Shown here one piece after another: positions 9,291 through 18,565 of a stretch of 64,000 bases of DNA. The number at the start of each line of letters is the position of its first letter. Within the stretch, counting starts at the first letter, position 1. The DNA lies in contig CAKJZF010000012.1 of NCBI GenBank assembly GCA_918290775.1, positions 11,226 to 75,225 on the forward strand, given 5' to 3'. Origin of the DNA: Clostridiales bacterium (lineage in GTDB: Bacteria > Bacillota > Clostridia > Oscillospirales > CAG-272). Under the pieces are notes generated by a model, which was given only the letters and a program-made list of their open reading frames with translations, did not search any database and had not been told where the DNA came from. The translations under genes and the position numbers were made by a program.

Positions 9291-9319
9291 TTGACAAGTC
9301 AGGCGTTTTCCTGTATAAT
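9291..9319 (+). promoter_or_regulatory. sigma-A promoter of proBAC (TTGACA-17-TATAAT)
   Basis: TTGACA 9291-9296, TATAAT 9314-9319, perfect hexamers. About 55-nt leader with no T-box-like structure noticed. Confidence 0.7.
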
Positions 9320-9375
9320 GTATAATCATAATTATTTATATGGATTTTATACACTTTGAGAAGGGAAACATCTTC

Positions 9376-10152
9376 ATGAGATTGGTTATCAAAGTCGGAA
9401 CGTCGACGCTCACGCACGCCACCGGACGGCTGAACATCCGCCGGACGGAGCTTTTTTGCCGCGTTCTCGGTGACCTGAAAAATGCCGGGCATGAAATCAT
9501 CCTGGTTTCCTCCGGCGCCATCGGCATGGGCGTTGGGAAACTGGCGCTCAAGGAGCGCCCGCAGGACATTCCGACCAAGCAAGCGGCGGCTGCTGTTGGG
9601 CAGAGCGAGTTGATGTATACGTACGATCGCTTATTTTCGGAATACCACCACACGGTGGCACAGATCCTTCTGACAGGGGATGACTTCGGTCACGAGGATC
9701 GCTTTGCCAATTTCCGAAATACCATTTCCCGCCTGTTGGAGCTTGGGGCTCTACCGATCATCAATGAAAACGATACGATCGCAACCGACGAAATCAAGGT
9801 CGGGGACAATGACACGCTTTCGGCAATGGTTGCCGTTGGGGTGAACGCCGATCTGCTGGTTCTTCTTTCCGACATCGACGGCTTGTACTCCGCCGATCCG
9901 CGCAGATGTGAAAATGCCCGCTTGATCCCAGAAGTGCGGGAGCTGACCGATGAGATTCTTGCGCTCGGCGGAGAAAAAGGATCCGCGCTCGGAACCGGCG
10001 GGATGAAAACCAAGCTCTGCGCGGCAAAGCGTTGCATGGAAAACGGCGTGGACATGGTGATCATGAACGGAGCCAAACCCGAGAAGTTATATGACCTGAC
10101 CGACGGTATTCCAACGGGAACGCGGTTTTATGCAAAGGAGCAAAAACAATGA
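9376..10152 (+). CDS. proB: glutamate 5-kinase
   Basis: [13 protein letters not shown]..., amino-acid kinase fold without a PUA domain. ATG 9376 follows GAGAAGGGAAA. Overlaps proA by 4 nt. Confidence 0.93.
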   Translation: MRLVIKVGTSTLTHATGRLNIRRTELFCRVLGDLKNAGHEIILVSSGAIGMGVGKLALKERPQDIPTKQAAAAVGQSELMYTYDRLFSEYHHTVAQILLTGDDFGHEDRFANFRNTISRLLELGALPIINENDTIATDEIKVGDNDTLSAMVAVGVNADLLVLLSDIDGLYSADPRRCENARLIPEVRELTDEILALGGEKGSALGTGGMKTKLCAAKRCMENGVDMVIMNGAKPEKLYDLTDGIPTGTRFYAKEQKQ

Positions 10153-11405
10153 CAACCAAAGAGGTTTTGGCGGAGGCAAAGGCGGTCAAACACCGGCTGG
10201 CGCTTTTGAAAACCGAAGAGAAAAACCGGGCGTTACTTGCTATGGCGGCGGCGCTCGAAGCGGAAACCGACGTGATCCTTGCCGCAAACCGCGCGGATCT
10301 TGACGCGGTCGGATCATCCATGAATGATGTCATGAAGGATCGGCTCCGGCTGTCAAAGGAACGGGTTTGCGCCATGGCGCAGGGAATCCGGGAGGTTGCG
10401 GCTTTGCCGGATCCCGTTGGAAAGGTGATCAGTCGGGTGACGCGCCCGAACGGCTTGATTCTCGAAAAGGTGCGTGTTCCCATGGGCGTTGTTGCAATTA
10501 TCTACGAGAGCCGACCGAATGTGACCTCAGACGCGGCGGCGCTTGCCCTGAAAAGCGGTAACGTTTGCGTTCTGCGCGGAGGGAAGGAAGCTTTTCGGTC
10601 ATCCTGCGCGATCCTCGCGGCAATGCGAAGAGGGCTTGCCTCGGTCGGTATGCCGGAGACTTTGATCAACATGGTTCCCGATACGACCCGCGCTGGAGCG
10701 ACCGAACTGATGACGGCAACCGACACGGTGGATTTGTTGATTCCTCGCGGCGGAGCAGGTCTGATCAGCGCCTGCGTGGAACAGGCAAAGGTTCCTTGTA
10801 TCCGGACTGGGACGGGAATTTGCCATGTCTATGTTGACGCCGCTGCCGATCTTGAAAAGGCGCTGAATATCGTTGAGAACGCAAAGGCGAGCCGTCCCTC
10901 GGTCTGCAACGCCGAGGAGGTTTGTTTGGTCAGCCGCGCGGTGGCAGAGCGTTTTTTGCCCATGCTTCGCCGGCGATTGACGGATGACCGGTTTGCCGCC
11001 GGCAAACCGCCTGTGGAATTGCGGTGCGATGCGGAGGCGTATGGAATCATCGGCGGCATCTTGGCGACGGAAGCGGATTTTGACACCGAGTTTCTCAACT
11101 ATATCCTCGCGGTAAAGGTGGTGGAGGATGTTTCTGAGGCAATCCGGCATATTGAACAGCATTCTACGCACCACAGCGACGCGATTATAACCGAAGATCC
11201 GCAGGCTGCCCAGCTGTTCACGGCGGCAATCGACAGCGCGGCGGTTTATGTCAACGCGTCAACGCGGTTTACAGACGGTGGAGAGTTCGGTCTCGGTTGT
11301 GAGATCGGCATTTCCACGCAGAAGCTCCATGCACGCGGACCAATGGGCTTGGAAGAGCTGACCGCGTATAAATATGTTATTCATGGCAACGGGCAGATCC
11401 GTTGA
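10149..11405 (+). CDS. proA: glutamate-5-semialdehyde dehydrogenase
   Basis: 418 aa. ALDH-type sequence with a VCNA(E) catalytic Cys region. Sits between proB and proC. Confidence 0.95.
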   Translation: MTTKEVLAEAKAVKHRLALLKTEEKNRALLAMAAALEAETDVILAANRADLDAVGSSMNDVMKDRLRLSKERVCAMAQGIREVAALPDPVGKVISRVTRPNGLILEKVRVPMGVVAIIYESRPNVTSDAAALALKSGNVCVLRGGKEAFRSSCAILAAMRRGLASVGMPETLINMVPDTTRAGATELMTATDTVDLLIPRGGAGLISACVEQAKVPCIRTGTGICHVYVDAAADLEKALNIVENAKASRPSVCNAEEVCLVSRAVAERFLPMLRRRLTDDRFAAGKPPVELRCDAEAYGIIGGILATEADFDTEFLNYILAVKVVEDVSEAIRHIEQHSTHHSDAIITEDPQAAQLFTAAIDSAAVYVNASTRFTDGGEFGLGCEIGISTQKLHARGPMGLEELTAYKYVIHGNGQIR

Positions 11406-11437
11406 ATGAACCAGAGAACGGAAAGGAAGGTATCGGA

Positions 11438-12250
11438 ATGAATCGGTTTCAATTCGGATTTATCGGTTGCGGAAATATGGGCGGTGCGCTTGCCTCCGCG
11501 GCGGCGGAAACACTTCGCGCAGATGCGCTTGCCGTTTGCGACGCGGATCCCGCCAAAACGGCGCCGCTTGCCGACAGCGGACGCGCAACGGTTGCAACGC
11601 TTGAGGAGGTAGCAAGGAAGAGCGTTTATCTCTTTCTTGCCGTGAAGCCGCAGGGGCTGGTCGGGCTGTTTGAGACCGTTCGACCCATTCTTGCGGAACG
11701 GGATGACCGTTTTGTGCTGGTTAGCATGGCGGCGGGAACCTCAGTGGAGCGGATTCGTGCGCTTGCGGGAGGGAATTATCCTGTCATTCGCATCATGCCG
11801 AACACGCCCGTTCGCGTCGGGAGCGGCATGACGGTTTACACCGCGGAGGGAACCACGGAAGAAGAGGTCGACGCTTTCCTGCGTGGACTTTCCGCCGCGG
11901 GACGTTTTGATCGGATTTCGGAACGCCTGATCGACGCCGCGGGAGCACTTTCCGGGTGCGGTCCCGCGTTTGTCTATCTGTTTGCCGAGGCGTTGGCGGA
12001 CGGCGGGGTGGAATGCGGTCTGCCACGCGACGCGGCAATCCTTTACGCGGCGCAAACGCTGGAAGGGGCGGCTAAAATGCTTTTGGAGTCGGGCGCACAC
12101 CCAGCCAAGCTGAAGGACGCCGTCTGCAGTCCCGGAGGAACAACGATCGCGGGCGTTCACGCGCTCGAATCCGGCGCTTTCAGAGGGACGGTCATGGCGG
12201 CTGTACGGGCGGCTTTTGAGAAAACAGAAAAGCTGAAAGAAAGCAGATGA
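11438..12250 (+). CDS. proC: pyrroline-5-carboxylate reductase
   Basis: FGFIGCGNMGGALA Rossmann motif and P5CR C-terminal dimerisation region. ATG 11438 follows GAAAGGAAGG. Confidence 0.92.
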   Translation: MNRFQFGFIGCGNMGGALASAAAETLRADALAVCDADPAKTAPLADSGRATVATLEEVARKSVYLFLAVKPQGLVGLFETVRPILAERDDRFVLVSMAAGTSVERIRALAGGNYPVIRIMPNTPVRVGSGMTVYTAEGTTEEEVDAFLRGLSAAGRFDRISERLIDAAGALSGCGPAFVYLFAEALADGGVECGLPRDAAILYAAQTLEGAAKMLLESGAHPAKLKDAVCSPGGTTIAGVHALESGAFRGTVMAAVRAAFEKTEKLKESR

Positions 12251-13215
12251 AAACAAGAAAAATCGTTGTTTTAGACGCGGCTTCTCTTGGAGATGATCTG
12301 GATCTGACTTTGTTTGAAGCCTTCGGTGACCTGACGGTTTATCGCGAGACCGATTCCGCCAATGCCGCCGACCATTTGAGAGATGCGGACATAGCGATTC
12401 TGAATAAGGTTCGCCTGACAGCGGAAATCCTTGCCGCCGTGCCGTCGCTTCGCCTGATTTGCGAGGCGGCGACCGGCTATGATAACATTGATATTCCGTA
12501 TTGCCGTGCGCACGGAGTCGCGGTCTGCAATGTAGTGGGATATTCCACGCAATGTGTGGCGCAGTTGACGGTGAGTATGGCGCTTTCGCTGGTGACGCGG
12601 CTTCGGGAGTTCGGAGACTATGTGCGAAGCGGGGCTTACACCGCGTCAGGTATTCCGAACCGATTGACGCCTGTTTTTCACGAGATCGCGGGGAAAACAT
12701 GGGGAATCATCGGCTACGGAAACATCGGAAAGCAGGTTGCCAAGGTTGCCGACGCGCTTGGTTGCCGCGTCATTGTCAACCGAAGAAACCCGATGGCGTC
12801 GTCGGAGCGCGAATGTGTAACCTTGGATGATATTTGCCGTCGCTCGGACATCCTTTCCATCCATACGCCGCTCAATGAAAGCACGCGGAATCTTTTGGAT
12901 CGGGAACACATTGCCATGTTGAGAAAGGATGCGATTGTGATCAACGTTGCACGAGGAGCTGTGACCGACGAGCACGCACTTGCAGAAGCTCTGGAGCAGG
13001 GAAACCTCGGAGGGATCGGAGTTGACGTTTATACACAGGAACCGTTTTCGGTAGATCACCCGTTTAACCGCATCAAGAATTTTCCGAATGTGTTGCTGAC
13101 GCCGCATATGGCGTGGGGCGGTTATGAGACCCGTGTCCGGCTGATGTCGGAGATGGTTGAAAACATCAGATCGTTTCTCGGCAACATCCCGAGAAATCGT
13201 GTTGATTTGCTGTAA
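12247..13215 (+). CDS. D-isomer-specific 2-hydroxyacid dehydrogenase (glycerate dehydrogenase-like)
   Basis: 322 aa. NAD-binding GIIGYGNIGKQVA, plus INVARG, GVDV and TPHMAW catalytic-region motifs. Confidence 0.85.
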   Translation: MKTRKIVVLDAASLGDDLDLTLFEAFGDLTVYRETDSANAADHLRDADIAILNKVRLTAEILAAVPSLRLICEAATGYDNIDIPYCRAHGVAVCNVVGYSTQCVAQLTVSMALSLVTRLREFGDYVRSGAYTASGIPNRLTPVFHEIAGKTWGIIGYGNIGKQVAKVADALGCRVIVNRRNPMASSERECVTLDDICRRSDILSIHTPLNESTRNLLDREHIAMLRKDAIVINVARGAVTDEHALAEALEQGNLGGIGVDVYTQEPFSVDHPFNRIKNFPNVLLTPHMAWGGYETRVRLMSEMVENIRSFLGNIPRNRVDLL

Positions 13216-13219
13216 AACA

Positions 13220-13229
13220 CGGTACTTTT
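13220..13229 (+). repeat. copy 3 of 10-mer CGGTACTTTT (extended 25-mer AAAACACGGTACTTTTCATAAAAAG, 13214-13238)
   Basis: Read directly. The element begins inside the TAA stop of the dehydrogenase gene and fills the 27-nt gap to the convergent peptidase gene. Confidence 0.85.
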
Positions 13230-13242
13230 CATAAAAAGTGGA

Positions 13243-14166
13243 TTAAAAGAACGTTGGGAAGCTGAACAACGCCTCCCGCAGTCGCAGATAAATCGGGAAG
13301 AAATCAGAGATTGGCAAAGGGTTGGTTCCGCGTCCGCATTCCAGCGTTGCCGCGGGAATCTTGCAGGTTTCGATGCACCAATCGGTCAATCCGCCATAGG
13401 ACGCGAGGTCCTCTGCTTCGCAAAGCGGATAGCCGCAGAGAAGCGACAGTTTGCGAAATGCCGCTTCGCTACCGACAACCGTTTTCCCGTGGCTTTTCCA
13501 ATAGATTTCTTCACCTTGGGTGTGGAGCGTGAGGACAGCTTTGAGCGGGGCATGAAATCGGATGTAGTTGCAGAGCGCGTGAACTTCCGGCTCGGATTCG
13601 GGAGCGAGACCGCTAAATCTCGTTGGAGCGCCGCAGGGAATCTCGTTTTCTTTTTCTAATTTTTTATATTCGTCGAATCCGGCGTCATAGTTGTGATTGA
13701 GATCTACGCCGCGCGCATTTGCCTGCCATCTGCCGAAATCCTCCTTTCCGCCGTTCATGCTGATCACGCGGCTTCGGAGCGGGTTTTCGGGGTCAATACC
13801 GTGAATGGCGTAGTCAATGCCGTCCGGGTTGAGCATGGGAACGACGTGGATCGTATAACTTTGCCATAAATCGGTCAGGTTTTTACGGTAAACGGGGCGA
13901 CCCAAATCGTAAAATTCGCAAAACTCGTTGACAAACCGCAGGAGCAGATTGGCGGTGATCCATTCCATGCCGTGGTGCGCACCGACATAGAGAAGTTGCT
14001 TTTTCCCTTGTCCGAGGATCAGAACCGGAATTTCCTTTCCGAGAATGCTTTTTCCGATACCCGAAACGGTGAGAATCGGGTAGGTTTCCGCGAGCTGATT
14101 GACAGCGGATGAGAGTGCGGCGCTATCCATAGGATGTTCCATCGGTAGAATCCGAGATCTTTCCAT
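13243..14166 (-). CDS. M14 family zinc peptidase (gamma-D-glutamyl-meso-diaminopimelate peptidase-like)
   Basis: 307 aa from ATG 14166 (AAGGAG RBS). Motifs HHGMEW, NPDG, GVDLNHNY, LTLHTQG. The 356-aa extension lacks an RBS and reaches the divergent gene. Confidence 0.8.
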   Translation of the reverse strand: MERSRILPMEHPMDSAALSSAVNQLAETYPILTVSGIGKSILGKEIPVLILGQGKKQLLYVGAHHGMEWITANLLLRFVNEFCEFYDLGRPVYRKNLTDLWQSYTIHVVPMLNPDGIDYAIHGIDPENPLRSRVISMNGGKEDFGRWQANARGVDLNHNYDAGFDEYKKLEKENEIPCGAPTRFSGLAPESEPEVHALCNYIRFHAPLKAVLTLHTQGEEIYWKSHGKTVVGSEAAFRKLSLLCGYPLCEAEDLASYGGLTDWCIETCKIPAATLECGRGTNPLPISDFFPIYLRLREALFSFPTFF

Positions 14167-14239
14167 ATCCGCAAAATCTCCTTTTTTGATTTGTTTTCTA
14201 TATGATTCTATGCCAACGCAGAAAGGACGGTGAAATCCG

Positions 14240-14959
14240 ATGGCAAAACGCTTAACGCACCTCGGAGGTGTTTGCCTTTTGGGACTGTCGATCCTTTTTT
14301 TTGCGGTTTGCACACCGATTTCGATTTGGGCAAGCGGCGACGTGCTGATTGCGGAGTCAATTTTTCCAACGGTTTGGGATCTGTTTCAGAGTTTTGTGCA
14401 ATTTTTGGTTTATTGGGTTGTGACGGTTTTTTTGTCGCTTTTGATGATCCGAACCGCCTCGGTGCGTAGCTGTCTCCCGCTTTTGGGTTGGTATGCGGCG
14501 ACGGCGGTTTTGCGGATTGGGGGAAGCCTGATTCTCGGATCATTCATAACGGCGGACGGTTTTGGATCCGATGCGTTTTCGGACAATGTTTGGTATGCGC
14601 TGTTGGATCTTTTGTTGGATTTCATCCTTGTCGGCTTGGTGCTTTTGACTTTGTATTTGTTGATTTTCCGTAAAAGTACCGTAAAAAGCGATGATTTTCA
14701 TCTTCCGCCAAACAGTTTTTTCAAGCAGCCGACCCGCCTTCATGTTGCCGTTGCGGCGGCAGTTGCGATCCCGTCGGTAATTCGATTGATCGGGCGCATC
14801 CGATATGACATCGACTTCGGCGCACCGCAAAACACAGCGGATCTGCTCTGGATGGTCTTTTATTATCTTGCAGATCTGATTTCTGTTTTGATCGGTTATC
14901 TGACGGTTTTGTTGTTGCTGAAAAAGCTATCTAACCCGCGCGAAGGTGACGTTAAATGA
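14240..14959 (+). CDS. hypothetical integral membrane protein
   Basis: 239 aa with 5-6 hydrophobic segments. ATG preceded by GAAAGGACGG. No family recognised. Confidence 0.6.
   Translation: MAKRLTHLGGVCLLGLSILFFAVCTPISIWASGDVLIAESIFPTVWDLFQSFVQFLVYWVVTVFLSLLMIRTASVRSCLPLLGWYAATAVLRIGGSLILGSFITADGFGSDAFSDNVWYALLDLLLDFILVGLVLLTLYLLIFRKSTVKSDDFHLPPNSFFKQPTRLHVAVAAAVAIPSVIRLIGRIRYDIDFGAPQNTADLLWMVFYYLADLISVLIGYLTVLLLLKKLSNPREGDVK
14672..14681 (-). repeat. copy 4 of 10-mer CGGTACTTTT (minus strand reads TTTTTACGGTACTTTTACGG)
   Basis: Read directly, inside the CDS (codons F-R-K-S-T-V-K-S). CCGTAAAA is directly repeated 11 bp apart. Confidence 0.85.
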
Positions 14960-15020
14960 ATCGCTATCCCGGGAGAAAATCGTCTGCTTAAACGGGTCGA
15001 ACAAAACTTGATAACATGAA

Positions 15021-15062
15021 CAAAAGAAGCCGCACCTGATTTTGGTGGCGGCTTCTTTTGTT
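15021..15062. terminator. bidirectional intrinsic terminator
   Basis: CAAAAGAAGCCGC / GCGGCTTCTTTTG 13-bp stem, T-rich 3' flank, between convergent genes. Confidence 0.75.
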
Positions 15063-15070
15063 ATCATTCA

Positions 15071-15847
15071 TCAAACCCTGTTTTGCCGATACAGTTCAAA
15101 CGCAAGAACCGCGGCGGATGCGGATGCGGAAAGAGAGCCGCGAAACCCACCGCCGTAATCAATTCGCACGATTTTGTCTGCTTTTTGCAATAAATTACGG
15201 GAAATACCGCGTTTTTCGCCTCCGATGACCAGTAAAACAGGGAAACGGAATGTCCCGTCAAAGATGGAAACCGAATCCCGGATTCCTGCGGCGAGAATCT
15301 GATACCCGGCTTGGTGAAACGCGTCGGCAGTTTGATCGGCGTCGGAGGTGAAGAGCGGCATTCTCTCGGATGCGCCGGCTGAAGCCCGCGCAACGATCCC
15401 GGCGGCGCTCATCCAATTGCGTGCCGGGAGGATCACACCGTCCACACCGGCCGCATATAGGGATCGCAACGCGTTTCCGAAATTATACGGATCCTCCATG
15501 CCTTCCAAATAAACGTAAAAACCGTTCGGTCGGATTGTTTCCGCTGAAAGAACTGGAATGGTTCGATCTGTGCATTCCGCCAAAATTCCGCCATGGGTAC
15601 TGCCGGTGGCGAGTCGGTCAATGGTCTGTGCGTCGGTCATGACGATCTCAAAGCCGTTTTCATCGGATTTTGCTTTCAAAAACCGAATTTCCGAAGCTTT
15701 TTTGCTACTTTTAGCACGGTCAACCCATAAGCGGAGAATTTTTCTATCATTTACATCCGAGCTATTCAACAGCGCGGAGATGGAAGTCATTCCTTCCAAG
15801 AGAACGGAATCAGCTTTTGGTTCTTCTTTTTTCATTTCTTTGTCCAT
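15071..15847 (-). CDS. TrmH-family (SPOUT) RNA 2'-O-methyltransferase, RlmB-like
   Basis: 258 aa. Substrate-binding N-domain plus SpoU methylase region (LLVIGGEKRGIS, SLSASASAAV). Confidence 0.85.
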   Translation of the reverse strand: MDKEMKKEEPKADSVLLEGMTSISALLNSSDVNDRKILRLWVDRAKSSKKASEIRFLKAKSDENGFEIVMTDAQTIDRLATGSTHGGILAECTDRTIPVLSAETIRPNGFYVYLEGMEDPYNFGNALRSLYAAGVDGVILPARNWMSAAGIVARASAGASERMPLFTSDADQTADAFHQAGYQILAAGIRDSVSIFDGTFRFPVLLVIGGEKRGISRNLLQKADKIVRIDYGGGFRGSLSASASAAVLAFELYRQNRV

Positions 15848-15908
15848 CCTGATTCTATCGTGGTTGTCCGCCTCATATACTGTAGCAAAACCGTAAGGAG
15901 GTTGTTTG

Positions 15909-16187
15909 ATGATGGCGGGATCTGTTTGGAACGGGAGAGAAAGATGCGTAATTTTGGGAGAATATCTGATCGAGCACGGAGCAACCGTGCGATCCTGTGC
16001 GTCTGCTTACGGCGTCAGCAAGAGTACGGTACATAAGGATGTGACGCAAACGCTGAAAACGGTCAATAAAGGGCTTTTTGAAGAGGTACAGAAGGTTTTG
16101 CTGAAGAATAAGCAAGAACGTCATCTGCGCGGAGGGGAAGCGACTAAACAAAAATATTCGGGTCGGCACGCTTGCCGCGAGCATTGA
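15909..16187 (+). CDS. spoIIID: sporulation transcriptional regulator SpoIIID
   Basis: GVSKSTVHKDV HTH and ERHLRGGEATK closely resemble B. subtilis SpoIIID. AAGGAGG lies 7 nt before ATG 15909. Confidence 0.92.
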   Translation: MMAGSVWNGRERCVILGEYLIEHGATVRSCASAYGVSKSTVHKDVTQTLKTVNKGLFEEVQKVLLKNKQERHLRGGEATKQKYSGRHACREH

Positions 16188-16189
16188 TA

Positions 16190-16891
16190 TTACCTTCTGA
16201 AAATGCGTTTGCCGTAAAAGATTTCCTCGATCTCAAACGGATAAAAACGCTTTTCCGCTTCGGAGCGATCGCTTGCGAGGTCAAAACCGTACGCTTTCTC
16301 GATAGAGTTAACGCCGCTGCCGAGTAAAATCGGTGCGTGCCGCGCCAGCAATGTCCGGATGATTTCATCATGATCCGGATGGGAAAGGGACTGAAACGAG
16401 AACTGAAAGGCGATCTGCGGAAGCGTCGCAAGCCGCATCAGGACCTCTTTCGGATAGAAAACGCTCAACAGGTGCGCGTTTGTCAAGAGAATGCGGAATG
16501 GAGAATGACGCGAGAACCGAGCAACCTCGCTTTCCACCCAATCTTCCGGAACAAGCGGAACGGATATGGCGAGATAATCGGTTTTGGGGAGACAAAAACG
16601 ACGCAAATCATCCCATTCGGCAAGTTGCGGCTGGAGAGCGACAGACGCGGAAGCGGAAAGAACCGCAGGGAAACGCAAAAGGCTTTGCAAAGCCTTTAAT
16701 GCCGTGTCCAAGCGAATGCGAAAAAATGTTGCGGGGCAGAAAGAGGGATTCCATTCCGGGAGAAAAGAGAAGCGGGAAATCCCGGTGCGTTCGTGGAGAA
16801 GCTCCAATGCGGTTGCCGCATCTTCTGGGCGGCGGATCTGATCTGAAAACCCGGGTAAAAGACGACAATTCCAATCGGTGTATATTTTCAT
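16190..16891 (-). CDS. hypothetical protein, remote CpsB/YwqE (PHP-domain phosphatase)-like with degenerate metal ligands
   Basis: 233 aa. N-terminus IYTDWNCRLLPGFSD aligns by eye to MIDIHSHILPGxDDG, but the His residues are replaced. Later blocks (DYLAISVP, ILLTNAHLL, LLGSGVNS) sit where the PHP motifs lie. Confidence 0.4.
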   Translation of the reverse strand: MKIYTDWNCRLLPGFSDQIRRPEDAATALELLHERTGISRFSFLPEWNPSFCPATFFRIRLDTALKALQSLLRFPAVLSASASVALQPQLAEWDDLRRFCLPKTDYLAISVPLVPEDWVESEVARFSRHSPFRILLTNAHLLSVFYPKEVLMRLATLPQIAFQFSFQSLSHPDHDEIIRTLLARHAPILLGSGVNSIEKAYGFDLASDRSEAEKRFYPFEIEEIFYGKRIFRR

Positions 16892-16945
16892 CGTTTCAAA
16901 AATCCCTTTAACCGTTCGTTTTTCAACTTTTGATTCAAAAAATTG

Positions 16946-18283
16946 CTACCACCAAAGAACCCCTTTGAGCTTTCCGTTTCTTCCGATTACACTGTCCAAG
17001 CCATAGTATTTTGCAACATAAATATTGGGCCATTCCTGCGGGTTTTCCGTATCCAAATAGGTGATTCCGCTCAAACTGTTGTATTTCGTAAAAGCGGGTG
17101 GAATCGTCAATTCAACGGATGTATCTCGGTTCTTTGCCGCTTCCGTTAGGATGTGTTCGTTTCGGTTGAAAACAGTAAATGTATACAAATTATCAACGAA
17201 ACAAGCAATCAATGCGAGGCAAACAACAACCGTAATCAACTTTTGAACGAATACAGTCTTTCTTCCGAAATTTCGATTTTGAATGTTTCCATATAGCAAA
17301 GAGGTTGCAAAGATAAATAGGAACACGCACGCGACACTACAACGAAGCGGATAATGCTTTGCAATCAACAGAATAAAATTGGATGCAGCCGCGCCGATCG
17401 CCAAAATAATGGCTGCGTATCGGAGGCGTGGATCCGCTTCTTCTTTTTTTGTGCGCTTTATCAGAATAACAAACAAAACAATCAAAGGTGAAATGCTCAA
17501 GGAAACCAGCAGGGAGACTCCGATTGTCTCCAGCAGGTTTTTCGCCGAGAAATCTGCAAGTTTATTGACAGTTTCCGCGGGAGCAAAGACCATGATCGCC
17601 AGCCCCACAGCGGAACAGATAAGCGACGGCAGAAGTGCCCACGCCCGTCGATGGTGAAAGTGAAAAATGTCAACAATGGTCATTAAGCCCGCAGAGAGCA
17701 TCACGCCCACCGATAATGGTTCTAAATATCCTCCCAGGATGATGGAAACACACATATGCGGCAGAATCAACACAGGGTGTATCTGTTTATGTCTGATCAG
17801 TGATTGAAGAAACGGTAACAGAAACAGCAATCCGAAAAAGACCGCGAAAAGATAATTGCAGGAACCGTCAAGCCAAAGATTGATCTGACCGAAATTATGC
17901 TCGAAAAGGAAAACCGCTCCGAAAATTGCTAACAAAAAGAGATTGTTAGTGTCTTTTTGTCCATTTGAAAGTTTGTAAACCAAAAAAATAGTCGTAACAA
18001 ATACAAAAGAATTCAAAATGTCAAAAACAATATCCGGGAGCATTAAAAAAAGCTGTGTAAAGAAATGACCGAAATAACGCCCATTTACGCCTCGTCCATG
18101 TTCCAGCAATGATTCAAAAATATCTCCGAAACGCGTCAGTCGCTCATTGGTGGCGAAGCTAAAAGCGTACTGATAATCGTCCGCTAATTTTAACGTAAGA
18201 CGATTGAACAGAAACATAATCGCAAACATCGCCAAGAGGGTTAGCATTTGCATTTTTTTCGATGTCCTAAATTTTTGTAACAT
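16946..18283 (-). CDS. large polytopic membrane protein, possible GT-C-type glycosyltransferase
   Basis: 445 aa with more than 10 hydrophobic segments and an early ADDYQYAF acidic loop. Visibly more A/T-rich than its neighbours. Family is not confidently recognised. Confidence 0.5.
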   Translation of the reverse strand: MLQKFRTSKKMQMLTLLAMFAIMFLFNRLTLKLADDYQYAFSFATNERLTRFGDIFESLLEHGRGVNGRYFGHFFTQLFLMLPDIVFDILNSFVFVTTIFLVYKLSNGQKDTNNLFLLAIFGAVFLFEHNFGQINLWLDGSCNYLFAVFFGLLFLLPFLQSLIRHKQIHPVLILPHMCVSIILGGYLEPLSVGVMLSAGLMTIVDIFHFHHRRAWALLPSLICSAVGLAIMVFAPAETVNKLADFSAKNLLETIGVSLLVSLSISPLIVLFVILIKRTKKEEADPRLRYAAIILAIGAAASNFILLIAKHYPLRCSVACVFLFIFATSLLYGNIQNRNFGRKTVFVQKLITVVVCLALIACFVDNLYTFTVFNRNEHILTEAAKNRDTSVELTIPPAFTKYNSLSGITYLDTENPQEWPNIYVAKYYGLDSVIGRNGKLKGVLWW

Positions 18284-18347
18284 AACCCATCCTTACTCAT
18301 CATTTATGGTAAATTGATTCAAAATGTTCCTTTTTACCTCTCTCAAT

Positions 18348-18371
18348 TATACAAAATTTGCATTTTGTATA
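18348..18371. promoter_or_regulatory. 10-bp perfect inverted repeat TATACAAAAT-ttgc-ATTTTGTATA (operator candidate)
   Basis: Read directly. On the minus strand it overlaps the TGTATAAT -10-like element upstream of the membrane protein gene. Confidence 0.5.
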
Positions 18372-18556
18372 ATTTATAATATAGAGAGGAACCGGGGGGC
18401 AGTTCTCTTTTGCGGTACACCGACGCGATGTTTGAAATGTCAGGTCCTTTTTTTCTCTCCCTGCCGCCATTTTGACGGGCTTTTCCCCATTATTTCACGG
18501 ATTTGCCGAATTTTGTGGAAAAATTTACGAAAGATTCACCTTTTTTCTGAAAAATG

Positions 18557-18565
18557 TGCTATAAT
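18557..18565 (+). promoter_or_regulatory. extended -10 promoter element (TGcTATAAT) for the 18637 gene
   Basis: TGCTATAAT at 18557-18565. No good -35 hexamer. About 70 nt upstream of the start codon. Confidence 0.45.

Noticed and set aside
15848-15908. A possible sigma-E type promoter (CATATACT as a -10-like element) upstream of spoIIID.
   Set aside because: The -10-like match is from memory of the B. subtilis consensus (CATACAnT). I cannot find a convincing -35 (ATA-containing) element at the right spacing in the 58-bp gap, so it is too uncertain to annotate.
18413-18422. CGGTACACCG occurs three times: 18413-18422, 51379-51388, and on the minus strand at 26571-26580.
   Set aside because: It shares only the CGGTAC core with the main motif. 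Two of the three copies are inside conserved coding sequence (dxr, rhaA) with no common flanks. Three copies of a GC-rich 10-mer is weak evidence on a manual scan.
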